A stretch of DNA of 63,916 bases, counting the filler, from Reticulomyxa filosa (Eukaryota > Protista > Foraminifera): the NCBI GenBank assembly GCA_000512085.1. It is 20 parts of 20 records of this genome, joined end to end, with 100 filler letters (N's around TTAATTAATTAA, not from the genome) between each part and the next. Parts side by side here need not be neighbours in the genome. Positions count along the whole stretch, not along the records: positions 1 to 2,801 come from ASPP01031438.1; positions 2,902 to 7,192 come from ASPP01003024.1; positions 7,293 to 11,333 come from ASPP01007678.1; 17 more parts are not named here. One strand, 5' to 3'. Every line of letters begins with the position of its first letter. Position 1 is the stretch's first letter. Positions 1-11,433 of this stretch are shown piece by piece. Position numbers and translations under genes: made by a program. The notes below the pieces were generated by a model. The model was not told the origin of the DNA, ran no database searches, and was given only the letters and a program-made list of their open reading frames with translations.

Positions 1-2
1 CC

Positions 3-2589
3 GCCTATGCAAGATTCCTGTCAGCGCTCGAAGCCTTCGCTGCCTCGGCCGGCGAGTCTGTCCGAGAACGCCTGGCGGAGGCAGAAGACATGCTTGCGGT
101 GGCCAGGCAGGCGACACTGGCGATTGAAGCGCGCCATGCTGAATTGCGTGACTGGTGCCACTGGCGCCGGAGGAGTGCAGAGGCGAACGACCTCGGACTT
201 GGGAGGCTGGTGGAGAAAGTTGAGCAGGGGTTGATCCCCACCGAAGAGATCGAGGCGACATTCTATGCGGCTTATTGTGCTTGGTGGTCGGCCGCGGTCA
301 TTGGTGAAGACGAAGTCTTGCGGACCTTCTCTACCGATGAACACGTCGATGCGATCGAGAAGTTTCGGCAGGTCGATGCCGAGTATCAGAAGCTGACCGC
401 TGCCGAGATCGCAGCACGGCTGTCAGGCAAGGTGCCAGGACCCAGCCAGCAGAATCAGACCCCCTCGTGGGGAGCTCTGCGAAAGGAGATGCAGAAGAAG
501 ACCCGGCACAAACCTGTCCGCCAGCTCGTCCAAGAGGCGCCCGATGCCCTTACGGCGCTCAAGCCTTGTTTGATGATGTCACCGCTGTCGGTCGCGCAGT
601 ATTTGCCGGCTGATCATTCGCCGTTCGATGTCGTTATCTTCGATGAAGCCTCGCAGATTACCGTGTGGGATGCCGTCGGGGCGCTGGCGCGAGGAAAGCA
701 GGTCATCGTGGCTGGTGATCCCAAGCAGATGCCGCCGTCGAATTTCTTCGCGCGAAGCGACGATGATCCAGACGGTGAGATCGATGTTGAAGGCGATCTC
801 GAAAGCATTTTGGATGAAATGCTGGGGGCGAGTATTCCGCAGCGAACTCTTAATTTGCATTACCGCTCTCGCCGGGAAAGCCTGATCGCATTCTCGAACA
901 GCAGATACTACGACAATTCGCTGGTGACCTTTCCGGCACCGGTCAATCCCGACCAGGGTATTCGTCTGATTCGGCCGACGGGTTTCTATGCGCGAGGTGC
1001 GGCGCGACACAATGAAGGCGAGGCCAAAGCGGTTGTCGCCGAAATCGTGCGGCGCCTGACGCACCAGGATCCCGCGGTTTCCAAGGCCTCGATCGGTGTC
1101 GTGACCTTCAATTCAGAGCAACAGATGCTCATCGAGAACCTTCTGGACGATGCTCGCGCCAAACGACCGGATATCGAGTGGGCCTTCTCTCAGGATGCGT
1201 CGCTCGAGCCGGTTTTCGTCAAGAACCTGGAAACTGTTCAAGGAGACGAGCGTGATATCATCCTGTTCAGCGTTACGTACGGGCCAGACCAGAGCGGCCA
1301 TGTGACGATGAACTTCGGGCCTCTCAACCGATCCGGTGGTGAGCGCCGGCTTAACGTCGCCTTGACGCGCGCCCGCTCCGAGCTCGTGGTCTTTTCTACA
1401 TTGGACCCGAAGAGGATCGACCTGTCTCGCACGCAGGCACGTGCCGTGGCGGACCTGAAGCACTTCTTGGAGTATGCGGAGCGGGGACCAATTGCTCTGG
1501 GCGCGGCAGTGCATGGTTCCAAAGGGGATTTCGAATCGCCGTTCGAGATGGCGGTTGCAAGGGCGCTTCGTGCCAAAGGATGGATCGTCCATACCCAGAT
1601 CGGTGTATCCGCCTATCGTGTCGACTTGGGCATCGTGCATCCGGATTTTTCCAGGAATATATCTGGCGGGCGTCGAGTGCGACGGTGCCATGTATCACAG
1701 CTCGGCATTTGCCCGGGAACGCGACAAGATCCGACAATCGGTCTTGGAAGGACTTGGCTGGACACTGTTTCGGGTCTGGTCGACGGATTGGTGGACGCAC
1801 TCTGCCAAAGCTCTCGACAAACTCGATCAGGCTCTTTCGACTTGCCTTGAGGCAGAGCGTGCGAAGAGTTCTAGGCAAGGTGCAATGGGTGACGTGCCGG
1901 AGCCCGCCGCGACAGATCTCAGTTCATTCGAAGAGCCGGTTGATCATGATGATCCTCCAGGTGGGGGCAAACGCTTAGAAGTCCCGCTGGCGACGGCGAC
2001 CAAATCTCTCGAGGCCGGAAGCCTCCATGATCGCGCGCTGCCACGTGCGAAATCATCCATTTCTGCCGAGGCGGATGGCTCGAATCTCAATTCGGCACCC
2101 GATGTCTGTTATGCGTTCGCCAATCTTGATCAAGAACGATATTCCGCCGATTTCGATCAGTTCTATGTCGACAGTTATGAGAAACGTTTGGCCGCAATGA
2201 TTGATCATGTGATCGATACAGAAGGCCCCATCCATGAAGATGTTCTCATCAAGCGTATCGCCCGACATCATGGGGTTCAGCGCATAACGAGCCAGTTTCG
2301 GGAGTGTGTCTCGACTGTGGCTCGACGGCGTCGGGGAAAAACATACGAAGCTGACATTGGAACATTCTTTTGGAGAAAGGGCACCGCTGGAGATCGTATC
2401 ACTCCCGCGCGACATGCAGGTCGGGACGATGAGCTCCGCAATCTTGACTTCATTTGTCGGGAGGAACTGCGTGCGATCCATCGGTCTCTGGCGCTTGGAG
2501 AAGACCCAATGGAACTTGCACGTCTGTTTGGGGCGATGCGCTTGAGCCAAGTGGCGCGAACACGCATCGTCAAAGCCTTGGCAAAGTAA
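3..2589 (+). CDS. 5'-truncated bacterial SF1 (DNA2/NAM7-type, AAA_11/AAA_12) helicase + Vsr/DUF559-like REase + C-terminal DUF3320; Gao_Hhe-like; one +1 frameshift at ~1646-1650
   Basis: Helicase motifs CLMMSPLSVAQYL, FDVVIFDEASQI, VAGDPKQMPP, LNLHYRSR, VQGDERD, RRLNVALTRAR. REase motifs FESPFE and YRVDLGIVHPD continue in the next frame as PGIYLAGVECDGAMYHSS...RDKIRQSVLEGLGW. DUF3320-like IDHVIDTEGPIHEDVLIKRIAR follows. The frame is open from base 3; removing one T of TTTTT (1646-1650) joins the two ORFs. Confidence 0.88.
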
Positions 2590-2647
2590 ATCGGGCGTTT
2601 CCTCCAGCAGGAAGCCTGCTTCTTGCGTGTCCTGCAGGGCCATGACA

Positions 2648-2661
2648 GATTGTCAACAATC
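2648..2661. promoter_or_regulatory. Palindrome GATTGT-CA-ACAATC, probable GntR/FadR-family operator
   Basis: Perfect 6+6 bp inverted repeat with a TGT-N2-ACA core, ~25 bp upstream of a GntR-like ORF. Confidence 0.55.
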
Positions 2662-2686
2662 GACGATCCGTCGTTCCGAGGGCAGT

Positions 2687-2801
2687 TTGGCTATTTCCGA
2701 TCTTTCGACGCGGGGAGTGGACTCGCTTTTCGAGCGGGTGCCGAAGGCGACCCTGCGCGCCCACATCGTCGAGCGGCTGCGGCTCGCGATCCTGGCGGGC
2801 G
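2687..2801 (+). CDS. N-terminal fragment of a GntR-family transcriptional regulator (truncated by contig end)
   Basis: PKATLRAHIVERLRLAILAG matches the first helix of the GntR wHTH (xxLxxQVxExLRxAIxxG). Possible TTG start at 2687 after GAGGG; the start is uncertain. Confidence 0.65.
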
Positions 2802-2901
2802 NNNNNNNNNNNNNNNNNNNNNNNNNNNNNNNNNNNNNNNNNNNNTTAATTAATTAANNNNNNNNNNNNNNNNNNNNNNNNNNNNNNNNNNNNNNNNNNN
2901 N
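2802..2901. other. Artificial 100-bp contig linker (N44-TTAATTAATTAA-N44); first of 19
   Basis: Identical linkers start at 2802, 7193, 11334, 16572, 19689, 25242, 26542, 28702, 34271, 35371, 43035, 45698, 47066, 50047, 55913, 57013, 58990, 60232 and 62318. The 12-mer puts stops in all six frames. Confidence 0.99.
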
Positions 2902-3328
2902 TTTTTAAATATATACTAATCTTGTAGTTTTTAAATATTAAAATTTTTTTTGCTAATTTTCTTTATTGTTGATATTTTTAATTGATATTTCAAAATTTTG
3001 ATATTTAAAATATTGAAACATTTGATTGCTTTTAAGAAAAGAGTTGCTGTTGAAATTCATCCAAGATTGTGTGCCCACAAACCGGTCGTAAATTAGTATC
3101 AATGCAAATAAGAATTCAAATTCGAAAGTTAATAAATTGTTCAATAAAATGGGGTTTAAGTAAATTAACAATCTGTTACTCGAAAATATAAAATTTAGAA
3201 AGCATTGCAAATGCTACAACCACAGTTGATCAAAATTCTTTTTTAAAATTATTTACATGTTGTGTACAATTTTGTGATTGAACCAGTTTTTTTTAAAAAA
3301 AGGAAAGTTGAAAAAAAAAGTGCAATCA

Positions 3329-4390
3329 ATGGCAGCAAATGAAGAAGATCGAGAAAGGCCTGTTACAATAGTCGAAGGATGCCTGAGTAAAAATTGGCTG
3401 TTACAATTAAATGAGCAACACGAATTGCAAGATTTAGTTTGTTTACTTTGCAAAGATATTGCAAATAGCCCAGTACAAATCGATTGTGCTGAACATAAGC
3501 AAGATGAAGTACTCACAGTTGGTGAGCATTGCTTACAAATTTATTTTTAAAACAATAATAGAAAATGCCAATGTGAGAACATGAGTGTAGTTACACTAAG
3601 GTTAGGGTCCTTCAAAAAAGAATTCATGGATTGCTTGGGGTAATCATCAGTTATTGATTAATAGACTCAAATTAGAATTTATTTTATGGTAGATTGAACG
3701 AACACTTGTAAAACGATTGTAAGGTAAAACGAATAGATTGCCAATATAAGGTGTTTAGCTGCAATGCATTAATATTCAAAGATAGTGAAAGCGAGCATAT
3801 GAAAAAAGATTCACAAAATCATATAACACTTGTCAAAAACAAATTAAAATATCTTCAAGTTTTTTGTTATTATTAATTTTTTTTCTTTTATTAAATAGGA
3901 TGATTGTGACAAAAAAGATAAAATGATAGCAGATCTAATAAATGAGAAGGTGCAACTGCAAGTATGTATACGTAAACGAATTTTTTTTTTTTTTGCTAGT
4001 TATATTTTTAAAAAAACAAACAGAAAGAAATTTCCAGATGTCATGACATGAATAAGGTCATTAGCGCTCCCGATAAACAAGAGATTAGTTCGAGTGGCGA
4101 ATTCAAATCGAAATATCCAACTTTTCCATGTAACAAATGTGGAAAGATATATAAAAACTATATGGCACTGAACAATCATTCGATCATACACACAGACAAT
4201 GCATTCAAATGCTAGTGCTGTAATAAAGTTAAAAAATTTTTTTTCTTAAAAACAAAAAAAACTTTTTTTTTTAAAAAATAGAAATTTGTATCAAACAAGC
4301 ACCTGTCAAGGCATATGAGTGTTCACATTAGAGAAAAGGCATTTGAGTGCAATGTATGTAATGCCAGATTCCGAGATTATGATGGGTAAA
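3329..4390 (+). pseudogene. Degenerate RING/TRAF-type zinc-finger gene followed by C2H2 zinc fingers
   Basis: GCLSKNWLLQLNEQHELQDLVCLLCKDIANSPVQIDCAEH...VGEHCL, then TAA at 3548 and frameshifts. Downstream exons read FPCNKCGKIYKNYMALNNHSIIHT, FKC*CCNK/KFVSNKHLSRHMSVHIREKAFECNVC, with TAG at 4213. Confidence 0.7.
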
Positions 4391-4699
4391 TTTTTTTAAT
4401 TTTTTTGGCAAATATTTTTTTAAAATTTGTTTGATTGAAAAAAATATGTTACAAAATCATAAATTGTCATCTCAAGACGAATTACACTGTATTTCAAAAT
4501 AATTATCTTTGTTTTTATCGTTTATTTAATATTTTGTTAGTATTTTTGCAATGCTTTTATACTTCATTATTTTTGGCCAAATTTATTTACATTGTTTGCA
4601 TTCTCAATGAATTAAATTCCAGAAACATAAGTTTGTAAGTTGTTTTGTTGAAACAAGAAAATTAAGTGGCAGTACAACATACAATTAATGATTGAAAAA

Positions 4700-6345
4700 T
4701 GTTTGTTGCTGTAGTTTTTTAAGCCATCATAAGTCCGGTGATGAGTTGTTCTTGATTGATAGAAGTATTGTCCCAAAAGCAATTCACCCAACGCTTTTAC
4801 ACTTTTTTTCAATGACACAATTAGTTTTTTTCGTAAATTGCTTGGGTTCGAATGCGATCCAACACGATCTTGAATACGTCGGGACCCATTGCTTCCATTT
4901 GCTTTTGCTGTTGTTTGAGCAGTTGTTTCCTTATCTCTTTTTTGCACTTTCGACTTTTCTTCTGCCTCTTTGCTTGTCTCTCTTTCAAATACTCAATTTC
5001 CATGTATTTTTCTTTGTCTACTTGCTTTTCATCTCCAAAATACACATTTCGAATCTTTTTCAGTACTTCTATCTTTTTGATGCGTCCATTTCTTTTTTTT
5101 CAAAACGCAAGTTGCTTTTTTTTTTGAAATAAAAAAAACAAACAAAAACTTGTGGATCAACGGCATCTTGAACAATATAGTCCCACGCTGAACGTATAAT
5201 CTTGAAGCGCTCGAGTTTTTCCTTATCCATTTCATTTTGTGCAAAGTGCAACAATCGATTATGCATGGCGGACATGTTGTCAAAATTATAAGTCAAAAAA
5301 TTAACGAGATCTCTTCGCGCTTCCATCAAACTGGTCCCACACGCTTGCTGTACATAGTCATTTTCAGCAAAGTTTTGCGTGTGATCTTCGAATACCTGGT
5401 TACTTCGAAATGCCTCAAACACTCTTTCATAATCTTGTTGCTGCTCGCTATTATCCGTAGTCACTCCACACCAACACTCGGCACTCTTAGTAAATGTCAT
5501 CTATTTTTATTCATTAACAATGGCTTATTGCAAACATATTTGTATATACATATATATACAATATATATAATACATATGTATACGTACGATACGCCACACT
5601 TACATTTGCTTTCACCACACTTGCGCACAACTGCTTAAGCCAATGATGAAAGTAGTCAAATACGTCCACTTTTATTTTTGACTAATTTGCTGCAAAAAAC
5701 TGTTTCAAAAAAAATATATATAATATAATTGGTTGATTGATGGAATAAAAAAAAAGTCAACTGAAATAATCCCAAACCTTCTTCAGACAACATAAAGTTC
5801 ATGATTTCGTTGCCTTTTTGATTAAATGCATCAAAATCATCCAATAACTGATCTATCAACGCATTGGCAAGTTTGTGTTGAGACTTGACATCGATCCATA
5901 CTTGTACCATCTTGGACGCAGCAGAACACAGTGAGTGTATCAATCCTATCGTCTCTTTTTTTAGCCATTGAAAGCTTTTTGTTTATTGATTGTTTTTTTT
6001 TAAATTACTAAAGATCTTATTCGGCTTTTAAGAGGGAGAGTGGAAAAAAAAGCATAAATTGCTTTAAGATATTACGAAAATACAAATCAACAAAATTGAT
6101 GAAACGTGCAAAGCTACACCGTTGAGTATGTTTCCTTCTTTGCCTACAACCGGGTAGTCAGTCAGAATATGCACGATGGTTTTTTTTATATTTAACTGAG
6201 TCAGTTGCTTTGTTTTGGTGTTTGTATTATTGTGTCTTGAGTCAATTGATTCGGGCTGTCGTAGGATAAAAGTTGTGTCCTGATTAGAATCTTTGCTAGT
6301 AATCTTACATTCTCGCTTTACCTTGTAAATGGATAAAGATGACAT
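4700..6345 (-). CDS. Multi-exon hypothetical protein
   Basis: Coding-like minus-strand ORFs at 6064-6345, 5656-5943, 5069-5500 and 4821-5045, separated by AT-rich/(TA)n GT-AG introns. No family recognised; ends approximate. Confidence 0.55.
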
Positions 6346-6561
6346 TTCTTTCTTTGGTACATAAAAAAGAATTGTTGAGAAAATGTAATATATATTTTTG
6401 TTAAATAGTAATAACAAGTGAGATGGGAACCCCAATTGTTAAACTGAAATATTTTTCTTATGTATTTTCTGTTGATAAGAAAAATTAACAAATAACTGTT
6501 AAGTTTGTTTCATTTTGACAACAATATATTGTATTATTTATTATTTCTCTTGATAAAACTC

Positions 6562-7190
6562 TCACAATCCTTTAAACCAATCCATTATTTCTTTAGCTTT
6601 GTGACATGATGCATTGTCTTGTTGGAACAAACAATCATTTTCATCATTTACACAATAATTTACACTTTTTAACATGTCTTCTAATATTTCTTTATAAATT
6701 TCAGAGTTCATGCCACCTTCTATCATGCAGGCATTACCAACACCTTTTGCACCAAAGAAAACCCAAATCATGATACTTCCTCCACCAAACCTAGGTCTTT
6801 TAATTATCACACTGTCTCCTAAATCTTGGTTTGGTTTTTTCAATAAATATTTTATTCAATCACTTACAAGCAAATTAATTCTTGTTTCATCTGAAAAAAT
6901 GACTTTTTTCCAATCATCTACAGTCCAGTGTTTAAATAAATTTGCAAATCCTAACCTTGCTTTGATATGACCATAATCTAAATCTGGCTTTTTCTTCTTA
7001 GTTACTGCTATCAAACTATTTCTCTTTAGATTGCTTGTTACAGTTTCATAAGAAACTTTGATTTCACCATCATCATCTAACTCTTGACGTCTTTTGCAGT
7101 TTCGCACTTTCCAGAAACAAGCCATATCACAATTTTACGCTGAAATCACAAAGGAATCTTCTCTGATCTGCCAGATCCAGATTTTCTTTT
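6562..7190 (-). mobile_element. Tc1/mariner transposase remnant (DDE_3 type), inactive
   Basis: HIKARLGFA...WTVDDWKKVIFSDETRINLLVSD*...FGGGSIMIW...MNSEIYKEILE...FQQDNASCH. In-frame TGA at 6856; sequence ends before the third catalytic residue. Confidence 0.9.
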
Positions 7191-7292
7191 TANNNNNNNN
7201 NNNNNNNNNNNNNNNNNNNNNNNNNNNNNNNNNNNNTTAATTAATTAANNNNNNNNNNNNNNNNNNNNNNNNNNNNNNNNNNNNNNNNNNNN

Positions 7293-8827
7293 AAAAAAAA
7301 AGAAACTCAATTCTGTGATCCTTTTTTTTTTTTTTTTTAATGATGATTGCTTTTAAAAAAAAATGTATATGTATATAATATAAATGCCTGCTTATGTTTT
7401 GCTCGTAATATTGAGTCTTGCTTTTTGTTTGTTCCAACTTTTTATTTAAATCATTCAAGATAGTACTTCTTTGATTCTCTGCACTTGAACATTGATCAGA
7501 ACTTTCATTTTTTTGGTTGGTCCCCGTTCCTCCCCCATTTTTCGTTTTGTTGATTTCTTTATTTAAGTTGGCAATGGACTCTTCCAATCTCTCGATTTCG
7601 GTGCTAATGTTATTCACTTGATTGAATAGTTGAAAATTGCTTTCTTCGCTCTCCATAAACGTTTTTACCAATTCATCAATATCGCTAATCCCGGTCGCTT
7701 CCGTTATTTTGTGGAACGCTTCTTCATAGGACTTCACGCGCTCTTGCGCCATTTGAATATGTGCTCTGTCTTTCACTATTGCCCACGCGCCTTTGCTAAG
7801 TCTTTTTTTTAGCTGCTGCTCTTGCTGCAACGCATTGTTCGCAAGTGCGTCATTCACATTGTCCCGATCTTTGCTATTTAAAAAGTCTTTTGTTTTTTTG
7901 TCTTGGTCTATCAATTTCGATAATTCCTTCCACTCATGTTCGAATTGCTTTTGTTCTCTAAGGTAATCAAGAAGTTATATCCCCACAATTGTTTACATTC
8001 GAGAATCTTTTTTTTTTTTTTTAAAAAAAAAAAAGTTCCTTCTCTTCCCCCTTTTTTTTTTTTGTAACTTGTCCGCTTGCTCTTTTATTCGCAACATCTC
8101 GGTTTGTGCGTGATCGCGCTGCTCATAGGCTTGATTTGCAGATTCGATTATGGCAACCATTTCGGTTTTGATTTGTTCCAAATCCGTCTCTAACTTTCGA
8201 TAAATTCCGTCAAATACAACACGCTCCCTTCGCAAATTGTCGATCGTTTCGCGCAATTTTTTATTGTAACCTAACGCTTCGTTGTATTTGATCAATGCTT
8301 TATCCAGTCGGTTTTCCAACATTCGGATATTTTTTTGAATGGTTCGGGAAGTCTCACGATTGGCATTGATGCCGCCCATATCACTTCGCTGCTGTAAAAT
8401 ACTTTCTTCCATTTTTTTTTATTTGCTGGTCCAATTCAAAAATTCGGCGTTTTTCCATTTCGATTTTGCTTTCATAGCTCTCTCCTTGCTCACGCAAATT
8501 GCTTAATTGTACTGCTCCTCGATTCGTCAATGCAATTTTTGCCTAAAATATTTTTGAAATCCAAAAAATATTACACCACCCTTTTTATTTTTGTTTTTTT
8601 TTCTTTCACAAAGACTACATTCTTGTCTGGTTTCGATCGCCAATTCTTCTTTAAGTTTGTCATTGTCCCTTCTTAATTTTTCTATTTTTTGCCGTTGCAT
8701 TCTCATTGTTTGTACACTGTCGTCGTTCATGGTTCTATGCCTTGCTTCCATATCCCTAAATTGCCTTTGCAAGGCATCGAGTTCTGTTTGCGTTTGATCG
8801 ACACGATCTTTCTTTTTTTTTTGACAT
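7293..8827 (-). CDS. ODAD1: Outer dynein arm docking complex subunit 2 (ODA-DC2 / ODA1 / CCDC114-like), 3'-truncated, multi-exon
   Basis: MGGINA...IQKNIRMLENRLDKALIKYNEALGYNKKLRETIDNLRRERVVFDGIYRKLE and YEEAFHKITEATGISDIDELVKTFMESEESNFQLFNQVN. ATG at 8827; homopolymer frameshifts near the 5' end. Confidence 0.88.
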
Positions 8828-9506
8828 GTTAAATGAAAAATTTGCGGTTTTTAAAAGAATGTTAATATTACTGTCCAATTTAAGTGAGTTGTAATTTTTC
8901 TCTGTCTTAAAACTATTTATGAGCAACAACAACATCATGATGCTATATTTTGTTTAAAAAATTTCCAAAAAGAGAAAATTAATTGATGCATATTTAGAAT
9001 TAGAAAAGTGAAAATAGATTTAAATGAGCACATGTTTCTGTATTTCGGCAAAAAAAAAATAAGACTCACAAAAAACAATTGACAAGGACAAAAAATGTTG
9101 GTAAGTCCATATTATTATTGATTATTTTAACCATTTGACAATCTATGTTAGTGGCGAGTGAAGGATAAACTAACTTAAAATTGATTTTTTTCATTGAAGC
9201 AATAGCTCTCGACATAAGTCTCATCAAGTATTTAAACTTAACACATTTTGAAAAGGGATAATTTTTTTCCAATTAAACAATCAAGAGATTTGTTGAGAAA
9301 CTGAACATATTTCTTTTTTGAATTGAAAATTATTTGTCAAACCAACAAGAACAAAGAAATCTAAAGTAGAAAATAAACAAATACAACAAGTGGGGAAAAA
9401 ATAAAAGACCTTACGATGTTAGGTTTTTTGTTACTTTTTGTTTTTGTCTTTCGTCCATACTAACAAAAACAACACAACAAAAAAATGCCTTTCACAAACA
9501 ACGTGG

Positions 9507-11333
9507 TCATTCAATATCTGACAACTCCTCCTCTTCATCGTCTTGTGAAGAGTTTTGGCTGATGTATGGTAGTGATTGTCTGCGACGGTGTCCTTTCTGT
9601 AGAAATAATATTAACAACAAGTTTGTATATTCAATTTAAAAATCAACCAAAAAAAAAAAAAAAAAGAGAAGCCTTCACAAGGCGCAACACCCAACTTTTT
9701 GTTCCAAAGTGCTGACGTAAGGCAAAGAAATACCGGAAACAGGTTTGCCCTCGGCTTCGGCATAAGGAGATTTACCTCCTGGTTGTACATTGTCTGCTGA
9801 TTTCCTCTTACCGTTTACGTCATTTGCAGGAATGTCTTGTTCTGTCGTGTTAATCGGGTCTTTTATCTGCAATTTAATTAGTGTCAATTTTTCCCCCCCC
9901 CCCTTTATTTTTATTTTTACTTTTTGGTTTCAAATTTGTTGCTGAAGTAAGAAAAAATAAAATAAAAATATACGTATGTGTACACACACACACACACAAC
10001 ATAGCTTGTATACATATAACCAAACTTGACTCAGTAATAATCGAACTTTTTCTTGAATCAAGCTGGCTTGTTTTTGCACTTTTTCGTTAGTTAACTCGCC
10101 AGAAATGGTGTTGAGCAAATCCGCCATGTCTTTTAAGACTTGAACGTACAGTGGTGTTTCAGGGACCATTTGTACTGACTGTCTTCGCTTATGACGACTC
10201 AAGTCATTGTTTTTTTTCAAGGTTAAACTGTCGCTGTTGTTATTATAGCTATTTTCATCGTATCCAGTATCCATTTCTTTTTCGTCATGAATCGTCCCAT
10301 TTTCGGTGGCCTTTTCCTTATTGTTGCTCAAGTGATTACTTTTGGAAGCGGCATTTGTATTTTCACCGTTGCGACTATTCGCACTTGCACTTGCACCCGT
10401 AGCAGTAACATCGCCATTACTTTTCTTAGTGTTGCTAAAGTCTTCGATTGTTTTACAGTTGGGAAATGATTGTTTTGCAAATTCCCGAATCGCTCCAATT
10501 ATTTTTTCACGATGATCTGGTCGCACACCAATCGTGGCTAAGTCGTCTCCAGTCAACTCAAATAGTATTGTGCCATCAACGCCGTGAGATTCAAATTTCG
10601 AAGAGTATTGATTCAAATGAGACTGTTTCTGTGCCCATTTAGCAACTTCAGCACTGCTCCAATTTAATATATCCGCTGTTTTCACTTCCTTTTTTTGTTT
10701 TGTTTTGTTTTGTTTTGTTTTGTTTTATTTTGGAAATGTTGGGAAATTACAAAATAAATAAAAATCATAACATCCGCGATTGATCTATCGAGTAATTTTT
10801 GTATTTCAAAAGACAACTTCATTGCATGCAGTTTAGGTAAGCCCATTCCGCAAAAGTCCTCCTCATCCATTTTTTTTAGTTTGATTCCACGAATCGATCG
10901 AAATTTTGGGACATATTTTTCAAATGCACTGCCCATATGCTTTATCCATTCACAGACTTGTTCTGTAGTCCATTTCTCTATTCCTGATTCTGTTTCCTCC
11001 TGTTATTTATGTGATGTTTATTTATTTATTTATTCATTCATTTTTTTTCTCCCCTTCCCCTCCAAATGCTCCAAAAAAAAAAAAAAAAAAAATTATGGAC
11101 AATAGATCAATTTGGAAACTTCTTCTTCGGTTTCTTCAACATTATCTAATTTTTTCGCACGACGAAAGTTTTGTGTGGCTGGATATTGCCACAACACTCC
11201 TGTGCATGTGCGAGCAAATGGAGGTGCCTTGCGTTTGTATCCTTGTCTCCTTTGTTTGATCTCTTCTTCCATGGATTGAATATTGATTTTGTGATTTTCT
11301 TCCTTTTCTTTTTTCGTCTCGGTGTGCTGATAA
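9507..11333 (-). CDS. Protein with two tandem SAM domains and a low-complexity tail (5'-truncated, multi-exon)
   Basis: SAM1: EKWTTEQVCEWIKHMGSAFEKYVPKFRSIRGIKLKKMDEEDFCGMGLPKLH. SAM2: LNWSSAEVAKWAQKQSHLNQYSSKFESHGVDGTILFELTGDDLATIGVRPDHREKII. Last exon KGHRRRQSLPYISQ...SDIE* ends at 9507. Confidence 0.82.
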
Positions 11334-11433
11334 NNNNNNNNNNNNNNNNNNNNNNNNNNNNNNNNNNNNNNNNNNNNTTAATTAATTAANNNNNNNNNNN
11401 NNNNNNNNNNNNNNNNNNNNNNNNNNNNNNNNN

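Noticed and set aside
1640-1655. Programmed +1 frameshift controlling the nuclease domain
   Set aside because: It falls in a T homopolymer in an assembly with many such indels, and no stimulatory signal is evident.
579-2643. Long antisense ORFs over the helicase (and 51284-52360 over GH31)
   Set aside because: Shadow ORFs expected opposite GC-richer coding sequence; no motifs.
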